The position numbers were made by a program, and so were the translations under genes. From the IMG/VR virus record IMGVR_UViG_2029527006_000005: a stretch of 64,000 nucleotides of DNA. One strand, written 5' to 3'. The stretch comes from a virus (lineage: Duplodnaviria; Heunggongvirae; Uroviricota; Caudoviricetes). Under the pieces are notes generated by a model. The model had not been told where the DNA came from, did not search any database, and worked only from the letters and a program-made list of their open reading frames with translations. Below, in pieces: positions 9,822 to 19,544 of the stretch (position 1 is the stretch's first letter; every line of letters begins with the position of its first letter).

Positions 9822-10454
9822 CTACTCCTTAATTCCATATTTTTGTCTTAAATCTTCTATCTCTAAATCCACAATACATCCCGAACTCTTCATCAGTACT
9901 TTATCGACATGTTCACTTAGTAGTAAAAGATGTAATGCATTCATCGCAATGACGTATAAGAATTCTGGAGTTTCGGTATCTATCATACTGTGCTGAAACA
10001 TTGATGCTTCATCAGCTAAATCTATAGTATTAGTACGACCTTTACTATCTTTGATAATAAATTCAGTACTTATATTTTCTATTTTAATAGTCCATTCGTT
10101 GGGACTAAAATATCCAAGGGATATTAAATTAATTCTTGGAGAACGGACCATACCCAAATGGAATGTCTCTAGACTTGCTAGATGTTCAGTATTACCATGC
10201 ATATAAGTACCAATACGCGGCGTAGTACTTTGTACGTAAAATGTTTCCGAAGCAATTTCACCATCAATACGATGGAAGGTTTTATGCGTTTTAGCATCTC
10301 TGGAATTCATCAATGCTAATGGATAGTTTATGTGGTTGAATGGTAGTTCAGGAAGTTCATCAGCTTTCATGCGACTAATCTCCATCATGTACTCAATGTT
10401 TTTTATCATTCTTCCAAAGTTAAGTCTAGCTGCTTGTTCTTGCGTCATATTCAT
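9822..10454 (-). CDS. FQ-motif paralogue family protein
   Basis: DEASMFQHSMI; N-terminus MTQEQA similar to its neighbour. Confidence 0.7.
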   Translation of the reverse strand: MNMTQEQAARLNFGRMIKNIEYMMEISRMKADELPELPFNHINYPLALMNSRDAKTHKTFHRIDGEIASETFYVQSTTPRIGTYMHGNTEHLASLETFHLGMVRSPRINLISLGYFSPNEWTIKIENISTEFIIKDSKGRTNTIDLADEASMFQHSMIDTETPEFLYVIAMNALHLLLLSEHVDKVLMKSSGCIVDLEIEDLRQKYGIKE

Positions 10455-11040
10455 CCCTCAAATTACGGATACCTAAATCGAATTTTAAAAAATTACACTT
10501 CAGGGTAAGTTTATTCACATTGTGAGATTTATGCAATAACTTTCTCATATTCTTTGCAATATCTAAAAGATACAACGGCACACCACCGACTACTGAGTAC
10601 TGAAAAACTTCTGCTTCATCATTAATATTGACAGTAGATGTTAATATATTATTAGCAGTTGAGATATGCTTGAGAACATAATGTGGTGACTCTTCTTCGA
10701 TAATGATATACAAATCCCGACTACATTCATTATAGATAATATAATTATCAAGTTCAAAGCGACTATCTTTATATGCAGTAGTCATATAACACACAGATGG
10801 GTTGTACATACTATCTTTTGGTTTGAAATTGACGTAGATGCTGGGTTCGGTTGCGTACATATAAGTTCTGCCTAATTTCGCTGAATCTTCCATTACCATC
10901 TGGTCTTCTATGATATTATAATTTGCGTTTTTAAACCCTAGATCCATCATATGGATACCTTTAGCACTCATCTCTAGCATAAAGTCCATAGAATTGATAA
11001 TATTAGTTGAATTCAAAAGGGTTGCTTCTTCTTGTGTCAT
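10426..11040 (-). CDS. FQ-motif paralogue family protein
   Basis: DEAEVFQYSVV; N-terminus MTQEEA. Confidence 0.7.
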   Translation of the reverse strand: MTQEEATLLNSTNIINSMDFMLEMSAKGIHMMDLGFKNANYNIIEDQMVMEDSAKLGRTYMYATEPSIYVNFKPKDSMYNPSVCYMTTAYKDSRFELDNYIIYNECSRDLYIIIEEESPHYVLKHISTANNILTSTVNINDEAEVFQYSVVGGVPLYLLDIAKNMRKLLHKSHNVNKLTLKCNFLKFDLGIRNLRDEYDARTSS

Positions 11041-11086
11041 AAAGTCTCCAATTTTAGCTTAAAAGAAAACCCACATGTTAGTGGGT

Positions 11087-11239
11087 TTAGATATCTTTGT
11101 CAACAAGTCTTTCGTGAATTGTTTCATCACAAACACTACAGATAGTCTTTGCAATAACAATTCCACCATCTTGTCCTACACCATACGTACATATCGTATA
11201 TGCTAGTACTTCAACGTGACAGTACGGACAGTGTTTCAT
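11087..11239 (-). CDS. small Zn-ribbon protein (not in ORF track)
   Basis: 50 aa MKHCPYC...CSVC with two CxxC pairs; followed by a terminator hairpin at about 11064-11088. Confidence 0.6.
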   Translation of the reverse strand: MKHCPYCHVEVLAYTICTYGVGQDGGIVIAKTICSVCDETIHERLVDKDI

Positions 11240-11246
11240 TTCGCAA

Positions 11247-11462
11247 TCATCTTCCATCTTTAATCCTCGTTATTGATTCTTCAAGTAGATGCCAGAAGAA
11301 GCAACCACCGAATACCACAATGATACAACTAATGGCGTACAAGATATAAAAAGAACTAACTGGAATAATAGAAAGTACTACAAGGTAGAAGAACATAATC
11401 AAACAAATAACACAGATTGCAATTCTTCTAATAGCTATGCGAAGTCTATCTGATATACTCAT
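11247..11462 (-). CDS. small membrane protein
   Basis: two hydrophobic helices. Confidence 0.6.
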   Translation of the reverse strand: MSISDRLRIAIRRIAICVICLIMFFYLVVLSIIPVSSFYILYAISCIIVVFGGCFFWHLLEESITRIKDGR

Positions 11463-12070
11463 AGGCTTAGTGCCTGAATTGTATTCACTTGAGTACGAAG
11501 GATGAACTTCAAGTTCTCATAAACAGAACGATTTGAGAAGTTCTCTTTGCAAAGGCGAATCATATCAAAGTAATAATCCTCAGTCTCTTTACAGTACTCA
11601 GAAAGTTTTTCTGCACTGAACACACCCGGTGCAGTACTGAGATTATGAACACGGTCAATAAGTTTCACAATACTACATACTTCACATGTACTCAATACAT
11701 TGAAATACTTCTGGTATCCACACTCACCTGATTTAAACTTAGCAAGACGATCACTGTACTGGAGTACATTAGGAAATAGCTCTAGAAGCTCCTGACGCTT
11801 CTCTGGGTAGTCTTCAATCACGTCATGGACCAAGATTGCCTTATACACATCAAGTGGTTTAGAAAGCTGCTGGTGGAACGTGAGAGCGAATGCAATCATC
11901 TCTAGCTGATGACTGAACTCACGTGAGCCATCTTTGCGAGTATACACATGAATGTTCTCGCAGAAGATTAGTAGTTTGCGAAGATCGTTATAGCCGGGAT
12001 CAGCTAGAGCCAACCCCTCGATGATGCCAAGTACTTTAGTGCGTAGTTTATCATAATCGGTTTTAGGCAT
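11459..12070 (-). CDS. HD-domain phosphohydrolase, SpoT/Mesh1 (small alarmone hydrolase)-like
   Basis: H-x3-RKDG...H, VHDVIED and VKLIDRVHNL match the (p)ppGpp hydrolase HD signature. Confidence 0.8.
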   Translation of the reverse strand: MPKTDYDKLRTKVLGIIEGLALADPGYNDLRKLLIFCENIHVYTRKDGSREFSHQLEMIAFALTFHQQLSKPLDVYKAILVHDVIEDYPEKRQELLELFPNVLQYSDRLAKFKSGECGYQKYFNVLSTCEVCSIVKLIDRVHNLSTAPGVFSAEKLSEYCKETEDYYFDMIRLCKENFSNRSVYENLKFILRTQVNTIQALSL

Positions 12071-12072
12071 AA

Positions 12073-12690
12073 TTAGTCCTCGTCGTCATCATCATCGTCA
12101 TCGCCGTCCATATCAATTTCGATATACATATCATCGTCATCAATAATTTCAACAACAACCCCGTCTACCTTCATGTCTTTGAATATTACATCGTACTTTT
12201 CTTCAGAAGGAATTAGAATGAAGTCTGTAACATCTTCAATTGGTGGTAGTTTATCAAGATCAATGTCAGCACCAAGGGATTTTAGTTGGTTTAGTAGAGC
12301 CTCTTTGTACTCTTGGAATTTCTCTGGTGTTGGGAAGTCCATAATCATCTGAGCAATAATACCTTCGGAGCAACCGTAAGTAATACCAAGTTGACTATCT
12401 AATGCTACTTCAGCCCATAGAGGAACACGCATTTGACTCTGGATGTGTTCTAGTACTGCTTTAACTTTTTCATGACGATCACTATTAATGATGTAATCCA
12501 AGTTAAGTACTGTCATGTTCATATCTTCAATTGAACCTTCTTCTTCGAAAGCCCCGTAGTCATTGAAGACGTACTGCACATTATCAAAGTAATATGCTAC
12601 TGCAAAATCTTGGTCTTCACCCTTACCACGAATTGGACGTGGGGAGAAACCCATACGATGATAACGCATAAATGTATTGGTTGTAAACAC
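12073..12690 (-). CDS. acidic hypothetical protein
   Basis: 205 aa with a poly-Asp C-terminus. Confidence 0.7.
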   Translation of the reverse strand: MFTTNTFMRYHRMGFSPRPIRGKGEDQDFAVAYYFDNVQYVFNDYGAFEEEGSIEDMNMTVLNLDYIINSDRHEKVKAVLEHIQSQMRVPLWAEVALDSQLGITYGCSEGIIAQMIMDFPTPEKFQEYKEALLNQLKSLGADIDLDKLPPIEDVTDFILIPSEEKYDVIFKDMKVDGVVVEIIDDDDMYIEIDMDGDDDDDDDED

Positions 12691-12699
12691 TGTTGCTCC

Positions 12700-12939
12700 T
12701 TAGTTCATACTACTGCATACATAGATTGTATTGTTTCCCAAGTACAACAAAGTCGCTTTAGGATATTCATATACCATATCGTCTGCTTCAAAATAACAGA
12801 AAGATACGGTTTCATCTTGTAGTGATTCAATTAGATTTTTAGTACTGCTACTCATGTTCTGAAGATATACATGAATGTATGTTAAACCTTCTAGTGCAGT
12901 GCACCTCTCTGGGATGATATTTCCATTAATTGTTATCAT
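12700..12939 (-). CDS. hypothetical protein
   Basis: 79 aa, packed in the run. Confidence 0.6.
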   Translation of the reverse strand: MITINGNIIPERCTALEGLTYIHVYLQNMSSSTKNLIESLQDETVSFCYFEADDMVYEYPKATLLYLGNNTIYVCSSMN

Positions 12940-13228
12940 TGGTCATCCCCAAATAACTGGTTATATCGTCGTGACTCATTTCTTCATCACTCTCAATGTA
13001 GTTCATTAGAGAATCGATGGTTGAAAACAATTGAGCTAATTCATGAGCTTCCTCGCGAGTGTAAGAATAACCCATTGGAATCAAACTAGACTTCCATTCT
13101 CCCATACATTTGTGGGAAACGCAAGCAAAGATTTTCACTGCACCATTAAAAATACCAACATGACGGTAACCCGTCAATTCGTTGTCAGCCCAATGTACTG
13201 CTGGTGCTGGTCGTAATTCAAGTTCCAT
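12926..13228 (-). CDS. hypothetical protein
   Basis: 100 aa, packed in the run. Confidence 0.65.
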   Translation of the reverse strand: MELELRPAPAVHWADNELTGYRHVGIFNGAVKIFACVSHKCMGEWKSSLIPMGYSYTREEAHELAQLFSTIDSLMNYIESDEEMSHDDITSYLGMTNDNN

Positions 13229-13229
13229 A

Positions 13230-13766
13230 TCATTTCCTCATATGCGATTGAACGCCACAGAACATATCATATTTTAAGTACTCATCATCTCCGGGTAAAC
13301 ATATCTTGAATGTACCGAAGTCATTGTTCAGTACTGACTGACGCATTAAGGTACTACTGTATATGCATCCAGTTCTGTCTGAACCTGCGAGTACTGTCTT
13401 GATGGAGTTAAAATTATAGTTCACTCCGTTATATTTGTCAAGTGTTTTTTGAAATGAATCAGTTCTATCACTTCCACCCACAAATACAATTTCTTCGTAC
13501 TCACCGTTTAGGCCATCCATGATATCAAACAAGTTTTTGACATTTTCATCTTGGATTGTGTTAGCAATTTCTGGGAAGAACTTTGAAATATAGAACTGAC
13601 GAAGTTCTCTTGGAAGTGGATTTCTTTCTGTATCTATTGTTGAACTCAAGAAGAGTTTAACATCGGTAGAAGCATTCTGCAAAGATAATGCTTGTTCGAA
13701 TACTTTACCGTGACCTAAGTGTACGGGATTCATTCTCCCGTACATAAACACACAAGTTTTAGACAT
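13230..13766 (-). CDS. cytidyltransferase-like (HxGH nucleotidyltransferase) protein
   Basis: GRMNPVHLGH, NPL, VGGSDR and SSTLMR motifs typical of phage HIGH-superfamily proteins. Confidence 0.8.
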   Translation of the reverse strand: MSKTCVFMYGRMNPVHLGHGKVFEQALSLQNASTDVKLFLSSTIDTERNPLPRELRQFYISKFFPEIANTIQDENVKNLFDIMDGLNGEYEEIVFVGGSDRTDSFQKTLDKYNGVNYNFNSIKTVLAGSDRTGCIYSSTLMRQSVLNNDFGTFKICLPGDDEYLKYDMFCGVQSHMRK

Positions 13767-14286
13767 TTTTCATTACCAAACCTAAAGTTTTTAAGTACTG
13801 AACCTTTGCATCTGTTAAATTCCTATCAAGTACAATAATACAACTAGGGAAAGGTGCAGGGTTCTCCTTTTTAGTTACATCTCTATCAGGGTCAAAGAAC
13901 TTCAATCTTCCCTTAATAAAGCATATACAAGAACATTCTTTGGCTGCATAAAGTTGGAATGCTTTAGTATCAGTTCTAGAAGGAACTAGTATAACAACTG
14001 TGGCTCCCCTTTGATATGCATCAACTGCTTTGGTAAGCCATGTCTTAAGATCATCGTAAGGTGGGTTAAGCCAAACGATTTCAGTACCCCAATCCTGTAT
14101 TAGACTATTGTCTCCAGGAGTGTAGTACTTTTTACATAATGCACTATTGGGTAAACACGCTGCATCTAGTGTAAACTTCCAATGTGCATCTATGTCGCGA
14201 AATAACTCTCTTGGAGTATTCCATGTTTGAGATTCAGAAGAGTAATGTATACTCATATCTCTCTTTGCATTTCCTTTGCTACTCAT
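13759..14286 (-). CDS. phage DNA N6-adenine methyltransferase (phage Dam family)
   Basis: W-x-TP, FTLDAAC, catalytic WLNPPY, LVPSRTDT, GRLKF, APFPS. Confidence 0.88.
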   Translation of the reverse strand: MSSKGNAKRDMSIHYSSESQTWNTPRELFRDIDAHWKFTLDAACLPNSALCKKYYTPGDNSLIQDWGTEIVWLNPPYDDLKTWLTKAVDAYQRGATVVILVPSRTDTKAFQLYAAKECSCICFIKGRLKFFDPDRDVTKKENPAPFPSCIIVLDRNLTDAKVQYLKTLGLVMKNV

Positions 14287-14293
14287 AAAAATC

Positions 14294-14857
14294 CTATTTT
14301 AGACAGAACCTCATAATGTCATCAAATTCGGCACTATTGATTCTGTATTCGTCGTGAAGTTTAAAGTGGCTTCCATACAACATAAAGATGTTAAAAACTT
14401 CATCTTCAGCAAACTTGTATGTGTTAAATGATTCGTTATCTCCTTTAAATCCAATGAAGGACTTAATATCTTCAGTTACATCAGTACTGTTACTGTAGTA
14501 TAAAACCGTTTTTAACTCACCACTTATTGTATATTTCCTGTACTCACCTTGAACTCTGTTGTTATGGTCAGTATAATATACAGTATTGATATTCCCATTG
14601 TTATAGCGTTCCTCGCTATAACCACCATATTTCACAGAAAAAATGACAGGTTGTTGTGTAGGTCTAAAACTAATCTTTCCTACTTGCTTTCCTTCGTTGA
14701 ACTCAATAATATTACTGAGTTTATTGAAGTCCTTTGTAATTTTATATCCAGTAAAGTAATTCGGTACTTCGTTGTCATTGGGCTTGATAACTGTACCATC
14801 TTTCTGTTTATATGTTACTTCATTCATTGTCTGTGCTTCTCTTTTTGTTATGTACAA
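14294..14857 (-). CDS. MORN-variant repeat-like protein with divergent FQ-type motif
   Basis: YNNGNI...QGEYRKYTISGELK repeats; EDEVFNIFMLY. Confidence 0.55.
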   Translation of the reverse strand: MYITKREAQTMNEVTYKQKDGTVIKPNDNEVPNYFTGYKITKDFNKLSNIIEFNEGKQVGKISFRPTQQPVIFSVKYGGYSEERYNNGNINTVYYTDHNNRVQGEYRKYTISGELKTVLYYSNSTDVTEDIKSFIGFKGDNESFNTYKFAEDEVFNIFMLYGSHFKLHDEYRINSAEFDDIMRFCLK

Positions 14858-14959
14858 TCAACGAATCATTTCACTTCGTTCTATGATTCAGAGAAAGAAT
14901 AATTCAAATACTCACTAGCGTTCGTATTTTAATATTCTTTTCATTGGATTGTACTTTAA

Positions 14960-15500
14960 TTATTGACGAGGTTTGTTGATTCAATTTCATCCCCCCACAG
15001 GGAGGGAAGAAAAATATATTTGACGCTGGTGGTGTCATCATTTCATGTCACGAATTTCATATAAGAACGGAAGCGGGTTGCCCGGTTTCTTCCTATCGCG
15101 GTTCTATGCAACGGTCGTAGTCTTACTACACTAATACAATAACAACATGAACTGTTATTGTACTTATCACTCAAATTCTGGACGGAATAAGGGCTAGCCC
15201 TAAATTACGTCGCACTTGAATAAGGTGAATCCCTTATACATTATGGTAGGTGCGAATCCTATATGTCTATCGTGCCGTGAACACGCCAAGTCCTCTTGTA
15301 TTAATCGACTTGGTTTTAATAGCCGCATTGCCGTGGGTGGTACTAACTATGCCATCTCCTAACGGGTCTCATCTGCTATCGTACTGAATGAACTACTCAA
15401 CTGTCCTCTACATTTTCGAGTGAATCAGGTTATTTAAATTCCCCAGAACGGGGCCATTCAGAATTGAAAAGGGGTAAAGGACACACGCCTTTACCCCTAT
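14960..15500 (-). ncRNA. candidate long structured non-coding RNA / regulatory region
   Basis: about 600 bp with no ORF of 60 aa or more; higher GC than flanks; several stems; upstream TGTGATATAAT extended -10 at about 15501-15511. Confidence 0.4.
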
Positions 15501-15517
15501 ATTATATCACATTTTTG

Positions 15518-16411
15518 TCACTTTGTCTCAGAAATCTGAGCCATAATTTTGTTATGAAAACGTTTATAGTTTTCAATCTCATAGTCTGAAATGAACTTCC
15601 TAGCACTCAAAAATAATGAGTGATCATCCATCCAGAACTGCATACACTTCATGAAAAAATCAACACGCATATGCCACGTTTCAGTACAGCCATGCTCATC
15701 ATCATCAAATACACGCTTCCCAGCGAACAAGTGCTCACTAGTACTGTATTCTTCATACACAGCATCGTCATCATTATAGTTCCGCTTACGTTGCCCTGCG
15801 AACTGCTGAGTGCGGTTAATGCAGTCTGAACCCATCTTGAAGTACTTCACGTACTCCCAAACCACGAACGGATAAACAGCATCGTGAATGTTCTTGTAAT
15901 GCTCACCATCAGGAACAATACTGTAATCAGGCCGTGCGTTCGTCAAGCCGTCATGCTGACTCTCAGAACTTATACCGAACTGGAAGAACCGACCTTCTTC
16001 ATCTTCACCACAAGCCTTACCATAACCATAACGATTATCACCATATCGACACGCTTCATATGCACCTTTAGCAATGCACATCTTACCGCTTTCCATGTTG
16101 TACGCTATGTAATCGTAATCGTAAACACCATCTAACATGTACTGAAACATTGCTTCATCTGGAACATCAATTAGTACTTTGTACTCATTACGATCTAAAT
16201 GACGACAGTACTTGGATATTTTATGTGAAGCTGTTTCTGTAAATGTCATAAGCTCATGTGGATGCATAGCAAAACTTGCACGGTCACTTACATAACCATA
16301 TGGTTCTGCTATACAATCTTCCTCATCACAATCATCTCGTAATGTGTTGAAATCAATTATTAACTGTAATTTCATATTAATCGAAGTTCCAAGATTCTTC
16401 TTCGAAGTCAC
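15518..16411 (-). CDS. hypothetical protein with two FQ-like motifs
   Basis: 297 aa; DEAMFQYML and EGRFFQFGIS. Confidence 0.65.
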   Translation of the reverse strand: MTSKKNLGTSINMKLQLIIDFNTLRDDCDEEDCIAEPYGYVSDRASFAMHPHELMTFTETASHKISKYCRHLDRNEYKVLIDVPDEAMFQYMLDGVYDYDYIAYNMESGKMCIAKGAYEACRYGDNRYGYGKACGEDEEGRFFQFGISSESQHDGLTNARPDYSIVPDGEHYKNIHDAVYPFVVWEYVKYFKMGSDCINRTQQFAGQRKRNYNDDDAVYEEYSTSEHLFAGKRVFDDDEHGCTETWHMRVDFFMKCMQFWMDDHSLFLSARKFISDYEIENYKRFHNKIMAQISETK

Positions 16412-16727
16412 TTAGCATTTGTGCTAGTTCAGCCGCTTCACCAATACTAGCATCAAGCACTTCAAAGTCAATATTACAACCGTAATAACACTCTGATGCT
16501 TGCATTAGTTCATCATGAATCTCTTGTACAGATTTGTCTTTGTATAGGTTTAGATAGTGATCACCACTTTCAGATGTAATGTGTAATGCTACAATCATAG
16601 TATATCTCCTAAAATTTATAGAAGCCTTTAATGCTTCCGTCTTCGTTTCTTTGTGTACTAAAACTACCATCAGCATCTTTTCCAACCATCTCAAAGAAAT
16701 GGTGTAGTACTTCATGGTGACGAACAA
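16377..16727 (-). CDS. hypothetical protein (probable start at internal MIVAL)
   Basis: AGGAG RBS before the internal Met. Confidence 0.55.
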   Translation of the reverse strand: MFVTMKYYTISLRWLEKMLMVVLVHKETKTEALKASINFRRYTMIVALHITSESGDHYLNLYKDKSVQEIHDELMQASECYYGCNIDFEVLDASIGEAAELAQMLSDFEEESWNFD

Positions 16728-17373
16728 CTTTCTTCAAATCACTATTGTGAATGAAATTAGCAATGTCACTACTAACTGGTGGTAGATTGACATTCGGTAA
16801 ATCATTTACTACTTGAGCAATATCTAATAATTGCTCACATGTACGTTTAACAGAACTGAATTTCTTACGAGCATTTTTTATATAATCACTCGCTTTGTTA
16901 GTACCGTAAATGTAATCACGAACTCCCTCATAAGTAATACAATGAGTAATAGCCCAAAACTGTTGGATTTTGTATTCGCTCAAAATCTCACCCACTGTTT
17001 GCACATAGTCCGAAATCTCTACATCAAATAATAGTTCATCTTTGTTGAGAATATCTTTTGGGACGGTTAAACAATACTCACCAGTACTGAGATTAGTTGC
17101 GAAATGACCGTCTGGATGAACATTCACCCAACCTTCCAAGAAGTCAATTAGATGTGAGTCAACCATATTCCACATCGTTTTATTGTACTCTTTAACTAAA
17201 GGAAGAATACGTTCATTGTACTGTTCTTGATATAGATCCGCTTGGAAATTATCATCAAGAATTTCACGCATAGAAAGGGGGCGAAGTAGTTTGGTGTGAA
17301 TCTTTTTAGCTTCATCTTGAATGAAAAGGAATTGATTTACTTGGTATTGGCGAATTTCTTTAAGACTGTACAT
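16609..17373 (-). CDS. hypothetical protein
   Basis: 254 aa, GGAG RBS. Confidence 0.75.
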   Translation of the reverse strand: MYSLKEIRQYQVNQFLFIQDEAKKIHTKLLRPLSMREILDDNFQADLYQEQYNERILPLVKEYNKTMWNMVDSHLIDFLEGWVNVHPDGHFATNLSTGEYCLTVPKDILNKDELLFDVEISDYVQTVGEILSEYKIQQFWAITHCITYEGVRDYIYGTNKASDYIKNARKKFSSVKRTCEQLLDIAQVVNDLPNVNLPPVSSDIANFIHNSDLKKVVRHHEVLHHFFEMVGKDADGSFSTQRNEDGSIKGFYKF

Positions 17374-17428
17374 AAGTTCTCCAAAATTAAATTAAAAAAA
17401 GAGCAGGAGTTTCCCCCTGCTTTTTGGC

Positions 17429-17734
17429 TTAGTGATTAGTGCTGTAAGCGAATACAGGACGCATGTTTTCTAGTGGATTGACTTCAGGTTTAAGTACTGT
17501 TACTTTAACTTGATACTCTTCTCCAGTTGTTGGATGGGTTAGTGTTTCGAAATGAACACTATCAATAAACGTTTCGTATTCTTCTTGAGAACGTGCTGTT
17601 ACTGTACTGTATTTTTTCTTAGAATCAGCTTTAGCAGTAACACTTACTACTTCAACTTCTTCATTTTCAATATCATTGAAATCGCGTTCTTCTAGAGTTG
17701 CGAACATATCAAATTTGTTATTTCCATTTTCCAT
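17429..17734 (-). CDS. hypothetical protein
   Basis: 101 aa; followed by a terminator-like hairpin at about 17395-17425. Confidence 0.7.
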   Translation of the reverse strand: MENGNNKFDMFATLEERDFNDIENEEVEVVSVTAKADSKKKYSTVTARSQEEYETFIDSVHFETLTHPTTGEEYQVKVTVLKPEVNPLENMRPVFAYSTNH

Positions 17735-17762
17735 TTTTTAATTCCCTTTAAGTAATATGTTA

Positions 17763-18152
17763 TTATTCGATAATTAGTGAACCGTTGCGGTACATGTCTA
17801 GACGTTCTAGTACAGTCTTACGCTCAACGATCTCTGGAACTTCTTCATTCAACTGAGCACACGCTTCTACCATGAAGTCGTAGTCAGAATCACAATTATC
17901 TAGTACTGCTTTAAGTGTTTCCCAATCAGCAGAAACTTCTCCAGTTTTGCGATTGCGATAGGAAGGCCAGAGGTCACCGTACTCTTGAACGTCTTTACCG
18001 TGATAAACACGAATAGCATTGAATAGCTGGCCTATGGTAAAATATTTGGTGTGCTGCATATCTTCAAGACAACATAGTTTTTCACTACCTTCATGGTTAA
18101 TTAGCACTACGCCACCAACAGTCTTTAAGATTTGAGAATGATTAGTCTTCAT
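17763..18152 (-). CDS. hypothetical protein
   Basis: 129 aa, AAGGAGG RBS, TGTGATATAAT promoter upstream at about 18187-18197. Confidence 0.75.
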   Translation of the reverse strand: MKTNHSQILKTVGGVVLINHEGSEKLCCLEDMQHTKYFTIGQLFNAIRVYHGKDVQEYGDLWPSYRNRKTGEVSADWETLKAVLDNCDSDYDFMVEACAQLNEEVPEIVERKTVLERLDMYRNGSLIIE

Positions 18153-18197
18153 AATGTCGCCTCCTTACGAATTTTTATGATGATTTATTATATCACA

Positions 18198-18539
18198 TTA
18201 TTGGTCGTCTGTCCCAAGTTTTTCTTCAATGTGTTTCCACCACTGCCCGAAGTCATCTAGGATCATGTAAAATGTCTTTTCACATGGTTCATCGAAGTCC
18301 AAAATATGCTCCGAGTACAAATATGTTAAGTACTTTACATCACTTTTTGTTTTATTAAAACGCGAAGAAAGAATTAAAGAATCAATAGCACTCTTTTCGG
18401 TTGGTGTATTCAAAAGATACAACACAGTACCGTCAGGGTGAATAATCTCTTCCGCATTCTTCGGTTTCATTCTGTGACCTAAATTTGGAATCTTAGGTCC
18501 GTTCTTGAATTTGAGTTCTATCATCTTCCATAACCTCAA
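18198..18539 (-). CDS. hypothetical protein
   Basis: ORF track. Confidence 0.6.
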   Translation of the reverse strand: MRLWKMIELKFKNGPKIPNLGHRMKPKNAEEIIHPDGTVLYLLNTPTEKSAIDSLILSSRFNKTKSDVKYLTYLYSEHILDFDEPCEKTFYMILDDFGQWWKHIEEKLGTDDQ

Positions 18540-19389
18540 TAGAATTTAATAACTGCTTTATAAATGAAGAATGCTTATCCTGTTCTTTTAGTACCGAATA
18601 TGTATCTTCAATGTTCTTTTTAAAGAACACTCTGATCCCTTCCATAATTTCAAATAGAACTGGATCTGCAATCATATCAAAATTGAATGTAACATACTTG
18701 TTATAAACAAAATCAATACTTGCATCTTTATAATCAAAGTACTGCACATAATCTAATCTTTCAAAATTTTTGTGGAAATTAACTTTGATCTTATTCTTCT
18801 TCTCGTGATGGATACTCATTGAGTATGTTTCACGATTATTTCCGGTTGTCCGAATAGTAGTACGTAGTACTTTACCTTGATTGTTAACCTTTTCATAAAA
18901 GGATAACCCACTATGAGTACTAAAATTATGCTCTTGGTATTTCTTGAATTTTTCTACTCTGTAAGTAAACACATGTGGTACTATTGCACTAAGCACTTTT
19001 TCACCTCTGCGGGAAATATCCAAACCTTTAATGATAAAATTCTTATAGCAAACACCTTTTGATGGTCTGTGCACATAACCAATATCATCAAAACCACAAC
19101 TTTCAGAATGCTTTTCTTTGTTGTAGAAATTAGATGACGTGATTACATCTTGTATATTATCATCGTAGTACTTGCACCACCAGCCACGTTTATCTATCTT
19201 CAGCCATGTATTCTTTTCAAAGATAATGGTAAGTACTTGAGGGCTGCGTTTAGTTTCCAGTACTTTAGATGTAAAAATACTGGCATCGAAAGTACGCCCA
19301 TCGAACCAAAACTGATTTAAAAATTCATTGTACTCTTTCACTGAGTACCGCTTAAAATCAAAAATATTGTTTTTCATAGTACCCCACAA
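18493..19389 (-). CDS. hypothetical protein
   Basis: 298 aa ORF. Confidence 0.7.
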   Translation of the reverse strand: MWGTMKNNIFDFKRYSVKEYNEFLNQFWFDGRTFDASIFTSKVLETKRSPQVLTIIFEKNTWLKIDKRGWWCKYYDDNIQDVITSSNFYNKEKHSESCGFDDIGYVHRPSKGVCYKNFIIKGLDISRRGEKVLSAIVPHVFTYRVEKFKKYQEHNFSTHSGLSFYEKVNNQGKVLRTTIRTTGNNRETYSMSIHHEKKNKIKVNFHKNFERLDYVQYFDYKDASIDFVYNKYVTFNFDMIADPVLFEIMEGIRVFFKKNIEDTYSVLKEQDKHSSFIKQLLNSIEVMEDDRTQIQERT

Positions 19390-19392
19390 ATG

Positions 19393-19542
19393 TTAAAAGG
19401 ACGTGAAATCACGTCCTTTATGTTTAACTTTGCCATTCTTGGCTTCTTTTTTTTGATCAACAAAAGTCTTAGGTTTGTTGAAAGTTTCCATGTGCTTCGC
19501 AACTGGATTGTTTACAACAGGGTTCTTCTTTTTCTTTGACAT
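19393..19542 (-). CDS. small basic protein NPVAK...KHK (not in ORF track)
   Basis: 49 aa MSKKKKNPVVNNPVAKHMETFNKPK...KHKGRDFTSF; GGAG RBS; 3' end overlaps a hairpin. Confidence 0.65.
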   Translation of the reverse strand: MSKKKKNPVVNNPVAKHMETFNKPKTFVDQKKEAKNGKVKHKGRDFTSF

Positions 19543-19544
19543 GT

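Noticed and set aside
14960-15500. tmRNA, RNase P RNA or group I/II intron
   Set aside because: No tRNA-like ends, no GAGGAAAGUCC, no domain V; a lone GTGCG is insufficient
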